From NCBI GenBank assembly GCA_963778315.1, contig CAVZTZ010000003.1, positions 252,497 to 316,496 on the forward strand: a stretch of DNA of 64,000 bases. Reading direction: 5' to 3'. How positions within the stretch are numbered: the stretch's first letter is position 1; every line of letters begins with the position of its first letter. A program made the position numbers and the translations under genes. This DNA comes from an uncultured Conexibacteraceae bacterium (GTDB lineage Bacteria > Actinomycetota > Thermoleophilia > Solirubrobacterales > Solirubrobacteraceae). This document shows positions 37,001 to 49,000 of this stretch, piece after piece. The notes under the pieces were generated by a model. The model worked only from the letters and a program-made list of their open reading frames with translations, searched no databases and had not been told where the DNA came from.

Positions 37001-40000
37001 GTCCTCAACGCTGCCTTCGAACCTCGCGATCCCGAGCCTGCCGACGATCCCGAGCGCCGATCTGCCGGGAGCGAACGGGCTCGAGAGCTCGTTGTACGCG
37101 TCAGCGGCGCTGGCGATCAACGTCGAGGTCGCGACCACCACCTCCGCCGTCCTCACCGGGACGATCGTCCTGGGCGGCTCGGGGCTGGCGGTGGTCGCCT
37201 CCGGCCTGGCAACGCCATCGGCGACGGCCGACGCGCATGCGGCGTCGGGCGCGCTGACGACCGCGATCGGCATCGATGTCGCAGCCGTCTCGCTGATCGC
37301 GCTCCTCGGAGCCGACGTGACCGTCAGCGGGCCGGTCGTCGTCGGGACGCAGGTCACCAGCACCCCTGGCGATCTCGGCATGACAGCGCCGTCGGCCACC
37401 GCCAAGGCAGGGGCAAGCACCGCTGATCCGGGCGTGGCCGGCGCCCTGGCCCTTTCGGTGTCGATCGTCACGAGCATCGCCACGATCCTCCCTGGCGTGA
37501 CGATCGCAGGTCCCGCTGACGTCTCCACCGGCAGCAACGTGACCGTCTACGCGGACGCGAACACCGACCCGCTCGTCGACGCGAGCGTCCCCGCAAGCGG
37601 TGGCATCGGCGCCGCGGCCGCGGTCGCCGTCGCGATCAACACGACGGCGGCGACCTCGTCGGCATCGATCACCGCGGACAACGTCCAGGTGCTGGCCGCG
37701 GGCCCCAGTCAAGTCCCCACCGGCTTCACCTCGACCGAGCTCAAGTTCGCGTTCCGCAGCGCGACCGAACCCACGTACACGACGGAGACGAGCGCCGTTC
37801 CCGGCGGCTCGCTCGGAGCGACGGCGGTCGCGCCGGCGATCTCCGTAGCGATCGCCGTCAACACGACCGTCGCGGCGCTGCTGGGCGGCACGATCGACGC
37901 CGTCAACGGCAGTAGCACCGAAGGCGACGTGTACGTCCTGGCGGCGCCGAACGCCGATACCCAGTCGTGCGCCGACGGCACCTACAGCAGCGACACCTGC
38001 ACCAACGCCCACATCGCGCTGGCGTCGATCTCAGGTCCGATCGCGCTGACCGTTGCGGCTGACACGGTGCTCGCAACGTCGGCGGCGACCGTCACCGCGC
38101 TTCTGCTCGACGTCAACGCAACCGGATCGCCCGTCAGCGCGGCGACGGCGTTCGCCTCGAGCACGGGCGCGACGGCGTGCACCGGCACGAGTTGCCCGTC
38201 GTCGTCGGGCCTGGTCAGCGACCTGCTCGGGCCGCTGACCGGTGATCTGAACACGCTGGCCTCGTTGCCGTCGTCGATCACGCCGTCGCAGGTGCTTCCG
38301 AGCTCGCTGCTGTCGAGCACGGGCCTGTCGGTGCCGTCGTTGCCGGCAGTGCCGTTGGCGCAGGTGCCCGGAGTCTCCGGGCTCGAGCAGGGCCTCGCCG
38401 CGGCGGCCGCGATCGCCGTGAACGTCGAGGTGGCGACGACCACATCCGCCGTCCTGGCGGGAACGCTGAACCTCGGCACATCGGGCCTCGACGTGATCGC
38501 CAGCGGGCTGGCGTCGACGAACGCGGACGCCGACGCATCACAGGCCGCCAGCGCGCTGTCGACAGCGGTCGCGATCAACGTCTCGGTGATCTCCCTGATC
38601 GCGCTGCTCGGGCCGGCGACCGTCTACACGACGGGCATGGTCGTCGTTGCGACCCAGGTCGCCAACCCGCTTGGATCAACGGACGACACGACCACGCCGA
38701 AGGCGACGGCGACGGCCGGTTCGAGCGCCTCGGATCCAGGCCTCGCGGCGGCCTTCGCGCTGTCGCTGTCCGTCGTCTCGAGCGTCGCATCAATCCTGCC
38801 GCTGGCAACGATCGCAGCCGACTCGAGCGGCGACAGCACGACGAGCGCGGTTGTCGTGTATGCAGACGCGAACACCGATCCGGTCGTCGATGCATCGTTG
38901 ACCGGGAGCGGCATCGGCGCACCCGTTGCGATCGCGGTCGCGGCGAACACGACCGTCGCGAGCTCGTCGGGCACGATCGTCGCCGCAGACGTCGAGGTCC
39001 TGGCGGCACCTGATGCGCTGGGCCTCAGCTCAGCACTGTCGGCGATCAACGTGAGGCTGCGGAACCCCACCTACACGACCGACGTCACCGCCGTGCCGTC
39101 GAGTGGAGGCGTCAGCGTCCTCACCGTCTCTCCTGCGATCGCGGCCGCGGTCAGCGTCGACACCACCGTCGCGGCGCTGCTCGGCGGCTCGATCACCGCG
39201 GTCACGACCGGCAGCACGTACGGCGCTGTGGACGTCCTGGCGACGCCGCTGGGGAGCACGGTGTCGTGCGCCGGCGGCAAGATCACAGGCACGTCGACGA
39301 GCACCGAGTGCGGAGTGCTCGGCACCACGCTCGACTCCTCCGCTGTGACCGCGACGGCACCGATCGCGCTCACGATCGCGCTCGGCTCGACGGTCGCACT
39401 CAGCTACGCCAGCGTGAAGGCGGCGACGTTCGATGTCGCCGCCACGACTGAGGACCTCAGCACCGCGACCTCGTACGCGACTGCCGACGGGAGCGGCACC
39501 CCGGGCACCAGCGGCGTCCCGGCGACTGTCGAGGCCACGGCTAACTCGCTGACCTCGGCGCTCGAGGAGATCCTCTCCGGTGGCGGCGTCGGAGCTCCGG
39601 TCGATCAGCTCACGAACGCCCTGTCGAGCGCGCTGCCCACGGGAGACGTCTCGAAGGTGCTGCCGGGCGAGCTGCCGGTCGGTGGCACGGTCACGATCCC
39701 GTCGTCGCTCACCAAGGAGGAGTCGGTGCTCGAGGACTCGGGCGGCAACCTGCCGTCCGTCCCGAACCTGGCCGACGGACTCACCTCGCTCGTGCTGCCG
39801 ACGCTGCCGCAGATCACCACCCCGTCCGGTCTGGTCGGCGTGGCAGCAGCGCTGGCGATCGACCTCGGCGGGTCGATCACGGTCTCGGCCGTCCTCGGCG
39901 GCACGGTTGTGCTCGAGGGCGCGACTGGGCTGTCCGTGATCGCGCAGGGCAACCCAACCGCCAACGCGACTGCCAACGCATCCGCCCTCGGTAACGCCGC

Positions 40001-43000
40001 CGGTGTCGCCGCCGGCGTCGCGGTCAACGCCGCCGCGGTCACGATCGTCGCGCTCGTCGGCGGCGGCACCCTGCAGGTGACGGCACGCTCGATGAACGTC
40101 GCGGCGGAGATCACCAATACGACCGGGACGACGCCCCAGGACGGCAACGCCACGGAGATGTCGCTCACGAGTGACGCCTACTCGGGTATCGGTTCCACCG
40201 ATGTCGGCGTTGCCGGTGCGGTTGCGATCAACGCGGTCGCGAGCCTGATGGCTGCACTGATCGCCGACTCCGCATCCACAGCGCAGGAGTTCGACATCAT
40301 CGGCCCCGGGACCACGGTCGCCTCGAACAACACGGTCAGCGCTGAGGCGACCAACGACAGCGCCGACAACGCCCTCGCGACCTCGGCCCTGCACGACTCG
40401 AGCGCCACCTCGACTGCGTCGATCGGCGTCGGTCCGTCGGTGGCGACGAACATCGTCACCCAGATCACGCTCGCCGGTCTGCTCGGTGGCGATTTCGGAA
40501 CGACCGGCCCCTGGAGCCTGACCGTCGATGCGACCGGCAACCACACCGAGCAGGCCAACGCAGCTGCCGGCAGCTCCGGCGGCGTATCGGTGGACGGCGC
40601 CGTCGCCCTCAACGTCACCGATAACCAGACGATCGCGCTTGCGACGCCGAGCGTCACCGGCGGGACCTTGCACGTCGACGGCGCGCTGGTCCTCGACGCG
40701 CAGGAGAACTCGATGACGACCACCGACGCGACCGCGAAGGTCGACGAGAACGTCGTCGGCGCCGGCGCCGCGATCGCCGTCGGGGTTCCAATCGACGGTG
40801 CCACGGCCCTGCTGTGGCGTTCGGCAACGGCAACCACGGTGACCGACACCGCGAATGTCAACGCGCCGAGCACCGCCACCGCCAAGGCCGGCACACAGGG
40901 CCCCGGCTTCGACTCCTCCGGCTCCGTCGATGGGCAGCTTCTGCAGGACACCGGCGACCTCGTCAAGCTTGTCTCCGACGTGATCCCGGCGGGGATCCCG
41001 AACGTCGGCGCGACCCTGATCAGCCTGATCGCCTCAGTGCTGTCTGATCCCACCGAAGGCATCCCGTCGGCGCTGACCGATCCGACCGATGCGGTCAACG
41101 ACCTGCAGCTGCCGTCGCTGCTCGATAGCGTCAGCGACGCGACCAGCTCGAGCATCCCGCTCCCGAGCCTGGCACCGCTCGGCGATATCCTCAGCCTGCT
41201 CGGCACTGTCGCCGGCGCGCTGCCGTTGCCGCTCAACGTCGGCGCATCCGCGGCGCTTGCCGTCAACGCTCCGGTTGATCTCGGAATCGCCGCGATCGGC
41301 CCCGGGGTCACGGTCACCGCCACCTCGACGATGACGGCGCCCGATGGCCGGACCGATGTCGGGGTTGATGTCGAGAGCACGATCGACAGCGCGCCCAACC
41401 CGCAGTCCCAGGCGAACGCCGACACGACTGAGGTGGGAGCTGGTGCCGGCGTCGGGCTCGGGGTCGCGATCAACATTCCGATCGTCCTCAATGTCGCGCT
41501 GGTCGGCTGGCTCTCGAACGTCAGCTCCACCGCGGGCAACGTCAACGTGATCGCGCAGACGGACGGGCCAGCGACCGGCGCCCTCTACTACGACGCGACC
41601 GCGACCGACGGCTCGGCCAGCACGATCGCCGGAATCACCGGCTCGGTCGCGGCGAACATTGCGACGACCGCGACGATCGCACGCGTGTCGGAACTCGCGA
41701 CGATCACGGCGGCCGGCAACGTCAACGTGCTGGCCCTGTCGAGCGTCGAGGTCGAAACCGAGGCGCTCGCCGGCTCGGCTGGGCTGGCCGCCGGCGCCGG
41801 TGCGTCGATCGCGATCAACATCCTCACGGACACCGCCGATGCCCAGGTCGCCTCCGGCGCTGAGATCGACGCTCCCGGCGAGATCCTCGTCGACGCACAG
41901 AGCCCGCAGACGCTCGACGCCGAGGGCTTCGGTGGCGGCGCCGGACTCGCTGTCGGCGCGGCCGGCTCGATCGGGATCAACATCCTGACGGCGATCACGA
42001 CCGCCACGGTGCTGCCCGGCGCCCAACTCAACGAGAACGCCTACGACCCGTTCAGCTCCACCTCGTCCTGCACGGGCGTGACCTGCGACGCGCAGGAGAT
42101 CGACGTGATCGCATATGCGCCGACGCTCGTCGATGCATTCACGGGCGCGGGTGGAGTTGGCCTCCTGGCAGGAGTCGGGGCCGCCATCAACGTCGGCCTG
42201 ATCACGAAGGACACGCTCGCTGCGATCGCCGGCCTGACCGCCGACGGACTCGGGATCGCAAGCGCGAACGCGAAGACGAACATCAACGTCTCCGCGGTCT
42301 CGAGCGAGGAGAACCTTGGCATCGCTGCCGCCGCCAGTCTTGCGCTCGGGATCGCGATCGAGGGCACGACCGAGATCTGGGCGGTCGCCCCGCAGACGCA
42401 GGCACTCGTCCTGACAGCAACGCTCGACGCGGGTGGCAACGTGCTCGTCTCCGCGGTCGACACCAACCAGATCGTGCTGTTCACCGGGGCAGCTGGAGCA
42501 TCGTTGCTCGCCAGCGCCGGTGCCGGGCTGGAAGTCGTGACCGTCGCGAAGACGACCCTCGCGTCCGTGGTCAGCTCGACGATCACGGCGACGGGTGACG
42601 GCAACCCGATGTCCGTCCTGCAATCAGGTGACGATGTCACCGATGCTGCCCCGACCGACACCGGTGGCAGCTACCACGCCAACGGGCTCGTCGTCCAGGC
42701 CGTTTCGCACGATGACATCGTCGAGCTGGCATTCGCCGACGGCGCCTCGCTGCTCGCGTCGGCTGAGGGCGTCGCTACGGTGGCCACGGTCACCAACGTC
42801 ACGACGGCGCTCATCAGCGGCCCGCTGACGACGATCAACCCCGGCACCCCGACGTCCTCCGGCAACCAGCTCGTGCGCGTGTTCGCGTGGGATGCGACCA
42901 CGGTGATCGGCGTCGCCCAGGCGGCAGCGTCCGCCTACCTCGCGGCGGTCGGCGCGGCGCTCAGCGGCGCGGTCGTGGTCAAGGCGACGACTGCCGACAT

Positions 43001-46000
43001 CGCGCTCGGTGCGACCGTCAACTCGCGCGGCGACGTTGATGTGCAGGCGCTCTCGAGCGAGGACATCGTGATGTTGCAGGAGGCGGCTGCGGACGGCGGC
43101 GTCGCCGGCGCCGCCGGCTCGGTCACAGGCGTTGTCGTCACAGTGACGACGATCGCCGCGATCGGAGACCCCGTCAGCAGCACCCTGCCCGACACCTCGG
43201 CGGTGCTGGCGCTCGGCAACGTCTCCGTGCACGCCGACGAGACGCTCAACGTCAACGTGATCGGCGGGGCGCTGTCCTCGGGGCTGGTCGGGGTCGGCGC
43301 TACACCGCAGGTGGCGGTCGTCACGAAGATCACCGAGTCGTTCATCGGGGACGGCGTGTCTGTCACTGCCGAGGGCCTTGCGGGGGCGACCGCGGGTGTC
43401 CCCGACGGCACGATCAGCGTCAGCACAACCCCCGACGACGCCGGCACGGAAACCTTCGACAACCCGGGCAGCGCCGACACGTCGGTGATCGAGATCATCC
43501 GGAAGTTCATCACCGATGCACTCGGGATCAGCGTCTCGACCCCGTCGAGCACGTTCGGCGGAACCACGACGCTGACCTCCAGTGACACGTGCAGCAACTG
43601 CGCCACCAACAACACCAGCGATTCCAACCCGACCAGCGTCTCGACTCCAGGCAACGCGTCACTCCAGCCCAACACGCAGACGAAGACCACCTTCGGGACC
43701 GCCGCATCGCAGGGCGTCTCGGTCACCGCAACGAACTCTGACGAGGTCGCCACGGTCGCGTTCGCCGGCAGTGGCGGTCTCATCAACGCCACCGTCAGCG
43801 GCGGCCTCGTCGTCGACGTGGCCCTGACGACGGCGACGATCGATCTGCTCGCCAACGTCAACGCCGACCCGAGTGGCAGCACTGACGGCAGCGGCCCGGG
43901 CGTCGACGTCACGGCCTCCAACGACCTGTTCAGGTTGGGGATCGTCATCGGCGTCGCTGCCGGCGGTCTCGCCGGCGCAAACGCCGGTGTCAGCCTGACG
44001 ACCGCAGCACTCACGACCCTGGCGACGATCGCGGCGGGCGCGAACGTCAGCGCCGCCGGCAACATCACCGTCGACGCCAACGGCCAGGAGATCGTTCTGA
44101 CGATGACGACCGGTGGCGCGGCGGGCGGCCTCGCCGCGGCGTCCGGCGCCGCCGGCGCGACGCTGATCGTCAGCGCGACTCATGCGGCGGTGGGCGCGCT
44201 CCCCGGCGACCTGGCCGCGCTGCCGACGGCGTCCCAGCTGCCGGTCAGCCTGCCGACGCTGCCCTCGACCATCACGCTCACCGTCGGGAAGGTGACGGCC
44301 GGTGGCAACGTGCAGGTCAACGCAAGCGACGAGACGATCGTCGTGACGATCCTCGGCAACCTTGCCATCGGCGGCGCAGCCGGAATTGGCGCGAGCGCTT
44401 CGCTGACGGCGCTCGTCAAGGACACGGAGGCGACGATCGGCACGCCGACCATCGGCGGTATTGGCACCGATGTGACCGCGTACGGCGATGACGTCAGCGG
44501 CGGCGAGAACGGGATTGATGTCCAGGCCAGCTCGGACGAGGACGTGTTCGTTGTGGCGCTGACCGGCGGCGGCAGCTTCATTGCAGGCGTCGGCGCGTCG
44601 ATCTCGCTCGAAGTGATCGACGCGAACACCAATGCCGCAGTGGAGCCCGGCTCCACGTTGACCGCCGGCCCCGCAAGCTCATCAGCTGGGGTGCCCGCGC
44701 CCGATGTGATTGTGTCAGCCACTGACAGCGTGGAGGCGTTTGTGTTCGTGGGCGGTGCGGCGGTCGGCGGCATCGCCGGCATCGGCGGCGGCATCGACAT
44801 CGGTGTCCTGCTCAACAACACGACCGCGTCGATCACCGGCGCGACCGTCACCGCCGCGGGTGACGTCGACGTGAAGGCGAAGGCGACCGACAACATCCAG
44901 TCGTTCGCAACCAGTGGCGCGGCCGGCACGGCAGGCCTCGCGGGCTCCGTGTCGCTATGGGCGATCGGCGGGCCGATCCTTCCGACCTACGCGCTGGCGA
45001 CGGACTCGGGCGGCGACGGGAGCGCCCAGCAGTGCACAAACAACGGCACGGGGTCGTGCTCGGCCAACGCACTCGGCTCCGGCGGCAGCACGCTCAGTTC
45101 GTTGACCGGCTCAAGCGGGCCGTTGAGCAACATCAGCTCGGCCACCAGCACGCTCACCGGCCTCACCGGACTGGCCAACGCCAATCAGATCTCAGAGCTG
45201 CTGTCCGGAAACGTCGACCTCGGGGCGCTGCTTGAACAGGTCAAGCAGGACGCCGACGTGTCCGCGCTGACGAACGCCGCGACCGGTGCAGTCGGGACGA
45301 TCACGAACAGCGTCAGCGACTCCGGGCTGCCCCTGACCCAGCTGCTCGACCTGACCACGCCGCTCGGCTCGGTCACGAGCGCGACGATCTCCGACTCGAC
45401 GATCACCGCCACAGGCAGTGTCGACGTCAACGCCACGGACACCGTCACAGCGGTCAGCCTTGTCGGCTCCGCCGCCGCCGGCCTTGTCGGGATCGGTGCC
45501 TCGATCTCGATCCTCAGCCTCGGAACGTCGACTCTGGCCCGGCTCACGGACGTCCAGATCCGCGCCGGACCCGCCGTCAACGTCACCGCGAACCACACCT
45601 CCGTGGTGATCGGGTTCGCGTTCGCAGGAGCCGCTGGAGTCGTGGCGCTCGGTGCCCAGGTTCTGTTCGTTGCCGACAACAGCACCGACGAGGCCGAGAT
45701 CGACTCCCGGTCGCAGATCGACACCGCAGGGGCGGTCAACGTGACCGCCACGAGCAACCGCCAGTACGTGCAGAGCGCTGCAGCCGTCAACGCCGGCGGG
45801 CTCGCAGTCGGCGCCTCGGCCGCGGTCGTGATCGCCGGTGGCGGCACGACCGCCACGGTGTCCGCCTCGTCCATCGGTGAGAGCGGCATCGTCGGCAGCG
45901 TCAGCGTCATCGCCACCGGCACGATCGGCGTCACCGCCGTGGTCTTCGGGCTGACTGCCGGTGCAATTGCGGCCACCGGCACGCTCGCGCTGGCGATCCT

Positions 46001-49000
46001 GACTCCGACGGTCGACGCCGAGCTCGACGACACGCAGTTCACGTTGACCGGATCGGTGCTTGTCAAGGCCATCTCGAACGGGAACGCGAACGAGGTCGCG
46101 ACCGGCGCCACCATCGGCGCGATCGCGGTCGGCATCTCGATCGGCTACGCGACGCTGACGCCGACGGTGACCGCCAAGCTGACCGCCGACAGCGCCGAAC
46201 GGGCCGCGGGCGGGATCAGCGTGATCGCGCTCAACAACGACAACGGCAGTGGCCCCAACGGTGACGGAGCGAACGCTGTCGCGGTCGCCGGCGCGGGTGG
46301 CGCTGTCGCTGCGGTCGGTGCCGTCAGCATCGTCAACACCGGCGCAACCACCACCGCCACACTGACGACCACGGCCGACATCACGATCGGCGGCGACCTC
46401 GACGTCACGGCGCAGGCCGCGAACCGGGGCAGCGCCGATGACGCGGCGCTGGCAGGCGGACTGATCGGAATCGGCGCGAGCTACGCGACGATCACCGTCA
46501 GCGAGGACACGGCCGCTGAGCTCGGCGGCGCTGCGGGCAACCCGATCCAGGCCGCCGACGTGTCGGTGACATCCGATAGCCCGGACAACGCGGGGAGCGT
46601 CACCGTCTCGGGCGCCGGCGGGATCCTGGCCGGCAGCGGCGCACTCCCGAGCTCATCGGTCGACGAGCAGACGACCGCAACGATCGATCAGGGCACCGAG
46701 ATCCAGACGATGATCGCCACGCCGGTCACCGAGAACTCAGGATCGACGCTGCCCGGCGACGACGGCGCCACGAACGGAGAGCTCATCGAGCTGACGCAAC
46801 CAGCCACCGTCTACGAGTTTCTCGCCGGCTACAACACCGACGCGATCCCGGTTGACGAGCTGCCGGAGTCCGGCTCGAGCTTCCCGACCTCGCTCGAGGC
46901 GGTTCCCGTCGCACTCGTCACCGGCGGCACGGTCGGCGGCTACTTCTACACGTGGACGGCGCCAGCGAACGCGAGCAGCACCGGAACATGGACGAAGGGG
47001 CTCGCTGACACGGCGTATGTCTACCTGACCCAGACCGACGGCTCCCAGGGCGCCGGCCTCTACCAGTACAGCTCGGGCTGCACCACAAGCACGAGCTTCT
47101 GTGCCAGCTCGCAGACGACCCCGTACGACTTCAGCTCGCTACCCAACCAGGGAACGTCGTTCCCGTCGAAGCCGTCCTCGGGCGACTGGTTCCTGCTGAC
47201 CGGTCAGGCGTCCGGCGGCACGTACGCGAACGGCTACTACGAGTACAACGGCACCAGCTGGGTCGATGAGTTCGGAACCTCCGAGGTTCTCGGCGTCACC
47301 GGCACCAGCAGCCTCTACCAGTGGAACGGTTCGTCGATCGCGGTCGATGGGTTCACCGTCAACGAGCTGCCGTTCGACGCCGGCACCGTCACCGCACCGA
47401 GCGGGACGACGACCGCCGCGAACATCCCGGACCCGCCGTCGACCGAGGACCCGCTCTTCTACCTGACGTCCAACCTGACGGTTGGGAGCACGACGTATGA
47501 CGCCGGCCTCTACACCTGGGATCCGGACTGCGGCACCTGGCAGCAGGTCCTCAACCCGTGCCCGACGAGCGAGTTCGCCTCAGGCTCGAATACAGAGAAC
47601 GAGGTGCTGCTGACACAGGCGGATGGCAGCGATCCAGCCGGTGTCTACGCGTACGGCGAGAACTCAGGCGGCACGTACGGATGGATCAACCAGAACGTTC
47701 CGGCCGGTGAGTGGACGGAAGCTGACGTGATCGACACCGGGTCGCTGCCGAGCGTCGGGACCACGCTTCCGACACTGACGGACACGAGCGCGACCCAGCC
47801 GACGACGTACTACCTGCTCGACTGCGATGAGACGCTCGCCCCAGGCAGCGCCGGGGCCTGCGCCGATGGTCAGGACCCCGGCCTGTACACGACGCCGACG
47901 CCGGGCCAGAACGCGACGGACACGGCCGAGTGGGAGGAGCTGGCCGGTATTAGCACCGCGTTCGTCGTCGAGGTCGGGAACACGCTGTACACGTGGAACG
48001 GCAGCGCACTGGTCGCCGAGACCGCTCCCGACCTGAGCTCGGCCCCGGGCACCGGGACCGGGGGCGAGCTGTATGAGACGGTCCCCGCACCGATCCTCGA
48101 GCAATATGAGAACGGCACCTGGTCACCGGTGACGACCACAACGCTGCCGCAGGCGACGTCGCTGCCGCCACTGACCGCGAGCACAACCCCATACACGGGC
48201 TCCGGCGTTAACGAGTATGAGCTGACCGCACCCGACGGACTGGGCCACAACGCCGGGGTGTATCTCGTGTCGCGCGGAGCCGTCACGGTCGAAGCGACCG
48301 GCTCACCCCAGGCCACCGCCACCTCGGTCGCCGTCTCCGCCGGTGCGCTGGCCGTTGGCGTCTCCGGTGCCAGTGCCACGATCCAGCCGCAGAAGTACAA
48401 CGCGACCACCGACCCGAACGCACCGATCGTCAGCGCCTCGATCGGGAGCCAGGCGACCATTTCGGCCGCGACCCTGACCGTCGCGGCGATCCTCAACAGC
48501 TCCTCGACCGGTACTGCCGCGGGCGCCGCCGGCGGTCTGATCGGCGTCGTCGGCTCCGAGAGCACCGCGGCCGCGACCGGCACCGTCGAGAGCTACATCG
48601 GCTCCGGTTCGACGATCACCGTCGACGGACTCGTCAATGTCTCCGCCAACGACAACACCAATCAGGATGCGAACGCTGACAACGCGGCGGGTGGCCTGCT
48701 CGCGGCCGGCGAGGCGAACGCAACCGCGAGCTCAACGACCACGACGCTGGCGTACCTCGGTGACACGACCACCGTGCAGGCGGGCGCGCTGTCCGTCGGA
48801 GCGAGTGCGATCGACACGAACTTCGCGCTGACGACCGCCGGCTCGGGTGGTGTCGTTTCGGCTGATTCGACCTCGCCCACCACGGACAACACCTCCACAA
48901 CCGTCGCCTCGCTCGGAACGCTCAACCCGGACGGCAGCGCAGCTTCAACCTCCGGCGGCGTGACCGTCGACCTCACCGAGCGCGGCGCCGGCACGCTGCT

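Noticed and set aside
32800-46650. CRISPR array or mobile-element repeats as the source of the periodicity
   Set aside because: The periodicity exists at the protein level, within a single open frame with degenerate nucleotide similarity. There are no spacer-repeat units of constant length, no transposase and no terminal inverted repeats.
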